Shown here one piece after another: positions 56,075 through 64,000 of a stretch of DNA of 64,000 nucleotides. The position numbers and the translations under genes were made by a program. Below the pieces are notes generated by a model. That model was not told the origin of the DNA. It searched no databases and saw only the letters and a list, made by a program, of their open reading frames with translations. The stretch's first letter is position 1, and every line of letters starts with the position of its first letter. Source of the DNA: Eledone cirrhosa (lineage: Eukaryota); contig OZ024741.1 of assembly GCA_964016885.1 (NCBI GenBank), positions 377,208,001-377,272,000 on the forward strand, read 5' to 3'.

Positions 56075-58715
56075 ACATTTTTTTATTAGCCACGAGGGCA
56101 CAAAAGAAGGGGACAAATACAAATGGAGAGTTTACATACAGGTATATGAAAATAAAACTATTAATACAATAACAAATAACAATTGAAATCCTTAATAGGG
56201 GGTTGTACACACGCCGAAAAAATGTACAACCCTCATATCCAGGAGCACCAAGAGTGAGTACTCTCTTCCTCTCTTCCTCTTTTTCCTCAACCTACAGGCT
56301 TATATAGAGAGAAGACACAACCACTCGGACCATCTTTGCCACATTCACCCACCTTTTATAACATTTGCTGGGGTACAGCACCTCTCTCTCCATCCTATTT
56401 CTTCTTCCAAAATGATATTTGAAAAAACGAATCAGTTGCTCGCCGGAGAGAAAGGTGTCTGACCTTAGCCCTTTTAATCTCGTCCACCATATAAGCTCTT
56501 TCACCATAGCTATAACACATAGGAAAACCGCCTCTCACTCGTTTTTGAAGGAGGGTGGCGGTTTGATCATGACAATGGACTCGGTGGTCAACTGGATTGG
56601 TCCCACCCGCGACAATAGTCGTTCTACATAGCCCTACAGGTCGGTAACGCCCGGGCAGTGTACAGATGTGTGTGCGATGGTTTCCTCGTCGCGTACGCAT
56701 TTCGGACAGATCTCTTTCGAAGGGTCCTTACCCGGGCGCCCGTGTCTGTAGAGCTTGTCTCGAACTGGTAGAGCTCCTCTGTAGCACTACCAGGCCAGGG
56801 ACTTTTGGAAGTCGTCCATTGGTACCGGGCGGAAGGTCCTACCGAACAGACTGGCCAGTTCGTCTTCCTCTACGCCTAGAGTTTCTCCGAGAGTGTCGCC
56901 GCACTTGCTGCGGACCAACACTCTATAGAATGTCGAAGTGGAGTCTCCACTGATCGCCGGGTCTGTTTGCCAGAGGACTGTGAGCACCTGAGCACATTTG
57001 ATGTGCCAGTCGCCCATTTTCGGTCTTTGCTTGACCCAGGACTGCAGTTCGGTCAGCGAGACGAGTCGTGGGAAGGCTCGCCTCACGAACGTGGCCCACA
57101 CCGGTTGCCTGGTGAGGAACAAGTTTCGCAGTCTGAGCGCGTGTTTGCGTATCGTCAGCCACGGCATCCCCAGCCCTCCATTTGAAGGGTGTTGACAGTA
57201 GATGGATCTTCTCACCAAAGGAGCCCGTTTCTTCCAAAGGAATTGGAGGAGCGCGCGCTCCGTTTTGGTGAGCGTTTTGGCTGGACAAGGCACAACGGTC
57301 AAGCGGTAGTAGATGACGGACGCTATAAAAGTGTTCGCCACCTCCGCTCGACCTTTGAAGGATAGTTTGCACTCGGCCCACTTCTGGGTGAGCGCAAACA
57401 CCTTGGCCGTCACCTCGTTCCAGTTCTTCGCCACCTGGAGGTCAGGACCAAACCAGACCCCGAGCAGCTTTACCGGTCCTTCCGTCCAGCATCCGACGAC
57501 GTCATCGGAAGGCTTCGGTTTGCCTCTCCACGTTTCGAATTGCAAACCGACGGATTTGTCCCGGTTCGGCTTCGCTCCTGTGAAACTTTCGTATTCCTCC
57601 AGTAAAGTGCCGATCTCCCCGATTTGCGACGTGCTCGACACCATTACTGTCACGTGGGCGGCGTAGGCCGACGCCGCTTTCGCAGTCCCGGTTCCAAAGG
57701 GACGCCCTGCAATAGCTCCAACTTCTGCAGTAGTGGCTCGAGAGTCAGTGCGTACAGAAGGGAGGAGAGAGAGCATGCCTGTCGTATGGATCGCGTGATA
57801 TGGAATGGCTCCGAGAGGTAGCCGTCCACGTTGACCCTTGAGTAGATGTTGCTGTTGTGTATTGCAGCAAGCCAGCCCCTGAACACGGGACCGAAGTCCG
57901 CCGCCTCGAGCACCGTATCCAGGTAACGATGGTCAGACTGGTAACGATAGGTAACGATAGCCTTAGACTGATCCAAGTTGATCAGGGCCCCACCGAAGCC
58001 GGGTTTACACCCACCCTCTCTATGATGTATCGCATGAGGTGGAGGTTGTCGAGTATGGACCTAGTCGGAATTGCGCATGTCTGCGCTTCTCCCACCAGGT
58101 TTTCGACGACAAGCGCCAGCCTCTTTGCCAATAGCTTGGCCAAAATCTGTAACTTTATGTTGAGCAGAGTTATGGGCCAGAAGTTGCCTATGTCATCCCC
58201 CATGTTCTCGTCCTTCCTGACTAACGGGACATGCTCCCACATAGTCCCAACTTGCATCTAGGATTCCATTCCAGTCCCCCACTAACAACAGGGAGCGAGA
58301 CGTTCCCATAAAAGTCTCTAGACGTTTGCAGAAGTCTGCCCGCGGTGTCCTGGACGGGGCATATGCGGCCACCAGCCTTAAGGTTCTACCTTCACTACCG
58401 TCAACGTCTACGACCACCAGTCGACCCTCCGCGTCCAGATGTACCGTCTGTGTTACGAGGTCCAGGTGTTTCCGCAGCAAAACGGTAACCGCACCCCCAC
58501 TTCCCGGCTGACAGAGAGATGCGTTGATCTCAAAGTCGTCGAAGATGGGGGCCAGTTGTCGCTCGCTGTGGATCCTGGACTCGCAAATGTCAACTACATC
58601 CATACTGTGCGACCCGAGGTCGTTTAAGAGTTTGCCCTGTTTCCAGGGCATCCCCAGGCCGCGTACATTCACACATCCAATTCTTATAATGGCCATGTTG
58701 GTGCTGAAAAGTTAA
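56075..58715 (-). mobile_element. Tx1-like family A, ORF2-only copy with deletion between endonuclease and RT
   Basis: MAIIRIGCVNVRGL..GDWNGILD, jump near 58220 to LVRKDEN..WPITLLN, DQSKA, IRQACSLS, SAYAAHVT, C-terminal domain, 3' UTR ending ccctcgtggctaataaaaaaa. Confidence 0.9.
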
Positions 58716-58809
58716 AAGATATATATATATAGATAGATATATATATATTAAGATATATATATAGATAGATAAATATATGTATATATATTTATATTTGTAT
58801 ATATGTGCG

Positions 58810-58928
58810 TATATATAGATAAATATATTCACATGTATTATATACAGATAAATATATTCACATGTAGTATATATAGATAAATATATTCGCATGTAGTATG
58901 TATAGATAAATATATTCACATGTAGTAT
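58810..58928. repeat. ~29-bp minisatellite (tatatagataaatatattcacatgtag), about 4 copies
   Basis: Direct reading. Confidence 0.85.
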
Positions 58929-59776
58929 GCACTGAGCAGGCTTCCTTGAGAGGAGGTATACTTCTGAAAAACAAAATGGCATTACTTACTGAAGTTAATA
59001 TTTTAAATCAGCGTAACCCGCTCGTATATACTGCCATAATGTAGTTTAGTGGTGGAGAAATGTCAATATTCTAGCATAGAAATATTAAGGCAATAGATAA
59101 TATAAAATATCGTCAGTAGTAAATTTTCCAGGGATGAAATTCCTCGAGAGAACATGTACTTAGATGCGAGAAAACACACATGTTATAGTGAACATTCATA
59201 ACGTTTAAACTATTTGCTATTTAAAACCATGCCACAAGCATTCTAGACTTATGGAATATAAGGTAGAAGTCGTCTCAATTTTAACTTACTAAATCATTAA
59301 GTGAACATGCAGTGGGGATTCTCTCTGACCGATGGAGTTACGCTCACAACTCCTTAAACCAATTCCGCATCTATAGTTTGGTTTTGACATTACATATCGT
59401 GAGAGGAATCAGAGATCTAGGAATATTATAATTTCCATTGTGTAATATAAATAGTGTTTTTGTTGTCCTTTTCTATATCTATTTAATAATACGTTCATAT
59501 AATAATATCCATCTACATTTTCTTAATATGTTTTGTCAAATGTTCCGTTATATTTTCACAAGTTCTATTTACTTTTACTGTTCAAATAAGGAAAGGTGTA
59601 TTATACTCATCACCCTTTTCAGGAACGTCGAAACAATGCACGAGAGGAAGTTATCCTTAAATAGGTGACAGAGCACGAATACTTAAAACCGAGAGAACCC
59701 CATATAAAAGTAAACTATATAGGGTTTCGAACTCAGAACGGCATATATTTATATATGTGTATATATTATATATGTA

Positions 59777-59849
<73 letters not shown>

Positions 59850-60095
59850 AGTATAGAAATTATTGTGAGCAAAGAAGCCAACAGTATTCCATAATATATG
59901 AGTGACTATAGCATCAAAATGGAAAAAATAGTTAACGTAAGATGTGGGAAAATAATTCAAACTCAATTCAAAATGAATCAGGATATAGATTCATCCACAG
60001 AATTTAGTGAAATTCAGGGAAAATTTAATAGAGCCTTAACTCAGAATAAAATAAAGTATAATATACTCATCCTTCAATTTGGAAAAATTACAAAT

Positions 60096-60176
60096 GCTCT
60101 GTATAGTCTTAAGAAATACTATTTCACGAAACTTGCAGTGGGGATGGTCACGGTTTGAGTCGATCATCAGCAGAGC
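60096..60176 (-). ncRNA. Type I hammerhead ribozyme motif
   Basis: Minus strand: gctctg-CTGATGA-tcga...tcgt-GAAA-tagt-atttcttaag-acta-TA-cagagc. Confidence 0.8.
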
Positions 60177-60727
60177 TTAAATACACGCTAACAAAAGTCC
60201 ACTGTTTATAATATGCCAAAAGGGAATTTAAAAGCAGGCTAGTTTAACATCATGCGTAATTATGAAGATAAACGCACATGTAGAGACAGGGCTGGTGACG
60301 TCAGAATGAGATGAATGTCTGTTTACATGAAATAACAGTCAAAACATTCCGAAAAAAAACTCTACAAAAAGGAGTTCAGCAAAAGCAATATTATCGCGGT
60401 TTTTAAAAAAAAAAGACCGGGATTAGTCACAAATAATTTTAAGCACTCTAGGAAAGAAATCCGAGTATAAATATAAATTAAGAGTATAATAATTATTGTG
60501 AGCAAAGAAGCCAACAGTATTCCATAATATATAAGTGACTATAGCGTCAACATGGAAAAATAGTTAACGTAAGATGTGGGAAAATAATTCAAACACAATT
60601 CAAAAAGAATCAGGATATAAATTCATCCACAGAATTTAGTGAAATTCAGGGAAAAATCAATAGAGCCTTAACTCAGAATAAAATAAAGTATAAAATACTC
60701 ATCCTTTAATTTGGAAAAACTACATAT

Positions 60728-60808
60728 TCTCTGTATAGTCTTAAAAAAGACTATTTCACGAAATTTTCAGTGGGGATGGTCACGGTTGGGATAGATCATC
60801 AGCAGAGA
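60728..60808 (-). ncRNA. Type I hammerhead ribozyme motif
   Basis: Minus strand: tctctg-CTGATGA-tcta...tcgt-GAAA-tagtctt-tttt-aagacta-TA-cagaga. Confidence 0.8.
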
Positions 60809-61759
60809 TGAAAGACACGATAACCAAAGTTCCACCGTTTATAATATGCCAAAAGGCATATATATATATATATATATATATAGTAATAATAATAATTTTT
60901 GAAGACTAAAATCCAAAGAGGGCTCGATAAGAATAAATATATATCAAGTATATAAGAACCGTAGTGCAAATATAAGTTACAGTGGGAGATCCTAGCTGGG
61001 GCTAGATCGTATAACGGAAATATATGACCTGTAACCTCTACGCCAAAGACCACATCTTAAACAAAAAATCTGAGGCGATTTCGGCTTGTAAACATAAATT
61101 GCACTAAACTTTCCTGTATTACAGCCCCACATTATACCCTAACGGATAGTACGAACTATACGCGGATATTTTACGTCTTGATGTGGTAGCTAAGTATATG
61201 TTATGTTTATACCATTACTTATTTGTATAGGTAAGTATATATTACCTGTATGTTTCGTGAAGGTACGTATACTTTCTCGTACGTATATTTGATTCTATAT
61301 GTTATGGCGTATATATGATATATTCTGGTACATATGCTTTTGGTTATGTGTTTACGTGAGTATGCCGGTTCGTACGTATGTAGGGTGTGTGTATATGTGT
61401 ACTTTGTTTTTTGGTTGACGTCGTCCCCGAACATATGTGTATTTACATATAGGTATGTGTGAGCGTATTTATTTATTTATATAGGTTTATTTAATTATAT
61501 GTATACACGCACACACACGCATACATATATATATATATTTTAATATATATATTTTATGTGTATTTGCTGTTTACATTCGTATGCGTGCGGGTACAGGCGT
61601 TGCGTGGGTTCTGTGTGTGTGTGTGTGCGGGTTTTTTGTGTACGTGCGTCTATTTGTATACCTATGGCGAGTGTTTTCGCGTATGCTTGTGTATGTACGT
61701 ATATGGATGCGTGTATGTATTTATTTAATTTCAATTACCTCTGTATTTCATTTACTTTA

Positions 61760-62290
61760 TTCTTAACTCTGAAGCCGAGAATCATTCGGTTTCCTCGTTA
61801 GAATTTTTGTCTACGATTTCAGTTATACCATTTACGTGGTTTTGTCTTTGCGTGCAATTGTTCTCCGCATTATCTTCGTATTATCTTCGTATTGTTCTCC
61901 GCATTATCTTCGCATTATCTTCGTATTATCTTCGTATTATCTCCGTATTATCTTCGTTTTTCCGTTCATTGCCAGAGAACGTCTCTATGAGCCACCTAAT
62001 AGAATATTAGTCTACGACTTCTTTTATACCATAAACGTGGTTTTGTCTTTGCGTAAAATTGTTTTTCACCGCTCCAAATAATGCCGTATTATATTCGTTT
62101 TTTCCCGTTCTTTACCAGGGAACATTTCCACGAACCAAAGTATCGTCCTCCTGTCTTCCTGCGGTTGCAACGTTTTTTGAAATATTAACTTCTGCTTTCA
62201 CAGATTGAGTTCGTTACTTTCAGAAGATTCCGTTAAGGGTGAAAGCAGCGATTCTTTGCTGAAACTTTAATCTGTTATTTTAATAAATAA
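61760..62290 (+). repeat. Dispersed repeat (homolog of 8510-8835) with internal duplication, 11-mer tandem (tattatcttcg) and HHR-like motif at ~62215-62268
   Basis: 61800-61995 is duplicated at 62002-62137; motif CAGAAGA-ttcc/gttaa/gggt-GAAA-gcag..ttgc-TG. Confidence 0.6.
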
Positions 62291-62411
62291 ATATATATAT
62301 ATAAATATATAGATATATACTTATTTGAGCATAGCTGTATGCACATATGTATTCCTATACCATATTTCTAAAGAAATATGGTATGTTTACAAATAAACCT
62401 TTAGAAAGACG

Positions 62412-62584
62412 TAGCTATGCAAAACACCGGCAGCTATCACCTGTTTTCAAGTCCGGCATTTGCAAGAGCGGGTGATATCGTGATGATGAAAACCAGTTCA
62501 GTTTGAAATCCATCGACGATTGTCCCCATTGCTTCTGATGGACACAGCTAGGTGGCGACAGCTGCGGGGGTTCTTGCATAGCTA
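62412..62584. mobile_element. Fold-back MITE-like element
   Basis: tagctatgcaaaacaccggcagct... pairs with ...agctgcgggggttcttgcatagcta; imperfect complementarity extends through most of the element. Confidence 0.6.
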
Positions 62585-63897
62585 TGTACCATTAATTATT
62601 TGGAATAGCAATTGCCAACTTTATTTTTGCGGCAAATATTCCGTGTCAACATATTAAGGAATTGTTTAACGTACTATTCCATTTCTTTTATTGAGATATG
62701 AGCGCGATTTGAATGTTGTATGATCGTAAATTCTACAATATCAACTAGATATGTAAATTATTCGTCAGTGAAGACGTCATCGAACTATATTACATCCATG
62801 CAATTCAATGGGTTATTGTAAGCTAAATGCTATGTCTTCAACATAGATTTAGTTGGGAATCGAAACTTCGTTGACATCTCCGAGTGTTTGATTTTTAAGT
62901 ATACAACGTTTCTCAGTTTATGGCTTGATGTTATATTGTCTTATTGCATTGTATCGTATGGTACTGTTATTTTGAATTCATATTTTGGAAACATATCTTC
63001 ATGTATTTGCATTAACTTAATTGCTATTTGCTTTTACTCTTTCGATTTCTTCCAGTCTTTCACTACGCATTAATAATGACATGAACATATTTTAGAAACA
63101 GAGCAACGCCCACTTTCGTTGCATTGTCATTCTCATAAGACGTAAAAACAAAGTAACAATAAATACATTATCTTATATATTGAAAGCACACATATAAATT
63201 GGAATTCTTAATTAAGAATTCATTAAGGTTAAAGAATTGTTTTGTAATTCAGCAAACAGATAAATGCATAAATAAATATAACTAATTTGCAGTGAATATG
63301 TCAAATAAGAAAATTCCTCCAAATATTCGAAAAATCACATTTATATAGGATCATATAACTGAAGCTAAAATGATCATTTTGTTCTCTGAAATATCTCTGT
63401 ATTTACGAACATTTATAATCTTTAAACACTTAAACCGAACAAGACTCTGCGCGGAAGAATTTAACAAAATCAAATAATAAATTGATTTTTTTTTTAATAA
63501 ACAAAGCAAACCTAAGATATAAAATTTACAGTAAAAAGAAACACACAAATATAATGAAATGAATATTTGCTGCAACATTATTAGATTATTAAATATGAAA
63601 TTATGTGGAAATATTTCAATTTAAAAGTCCGTCGAAGAGAAATATTTATCTGTCTGTATTCATGTCGTGTCTGTTTTTATTATTGTTTATAGTTGAGTTA
63701 TATATATATATATATCATCTATTTTATAGAGTAGATAGGAAACATTAGAACCGTCGGTTAGATGCTGGCAACAAGTCAGTCTCTGGTTCACCATCCAGAT
63801 GAAAATGGGGGACATGGGCATGTGGGTAACTTAGGGTAAACTAGTTATCACAATTGCTTATATTTTTCGTAGTTTTCAGTGTTTTAAACACACACAC

Positions 63898-63937
<40 letters not shown>

Positions 63938-63941
<4 letters not shown>

Positions 63942-64000
63942 ATAAGAAAAGATTCAGAATCCCAAGGGCTGAGCTCCGGCCGTTTCTACAGCTAAATTAG
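63938..64000 (-). mobile_element. Diverged pLTR fragment of the 52418-54288 family, cut by the window end
   Basis: ccc..ggctgagctccggccgtttctacagctaa resembles ccccgacagctgagctcaagccgtttcgacggctaa (52513-52548). Confidence 0.5.

Larger units (their letters stand above)
59846..60857 (-). mobile_element. Retrozyme-like non-coding element: ~1.6 tandem copies of a 632-bp unit, each repeat carrying an HHR; TA-flanked
   Basis: Direct repeats ~59846-60222 and ~60480-60857; no RT or EN coding; HHRs at 60096-60176 and 60728-60808. Confidence 0.8.

Noticed and set aside
58810-58928. Regularly spaced ~29-bp repeats as a CRISPR array (also 34117-34200, 61860-61960)
   Set aside because: No unique spacers, no cas genes, eukaryotic context; ordinary minisatellites.

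Overview
AT-rich, microsatellite-saturated animal genomic DNA. The SINE family and the very dense (TA)n/(CA)n/(AAT)n/(TATC)n tracts suggest a coleoid cephalopod (octopus-like); this is inference only. No host protein-coding gene can be supported, and most ORF-track entries are translated microsatellites. The window is a pile-up of retroelements: (i) several families of Penelope-like elements (PLEs), including a near-complete RT+GIY-YIG element with a ~3.1 kb inverted copy of itself (37588-44450) and three other inverted/palindromic insertions; (ii) two families of Tx1/L1-like LINEs in head-to-tail arrays separated by (AAT)n or (TATC)n; (iii) RTE and R4/Dong-like relics; (iv) tRNA-type SINEs, a non-autonomous Helitron and MITEs. 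The main hidden signal is a dense set of type I hammerhead ribozyme (HHR) motifs: more than a dozen intact or degenerate motifs from about nine sequence families, including U3:A8 core variants and loop-less palindromic stem-III forms. One non-coding tandem unit (59846-60857) carries two HHRs 632 nt apart with a compensatory base-pair change, the architecture of a retrozyme that could release a circular RNA. All alignments and folds were done by eye.
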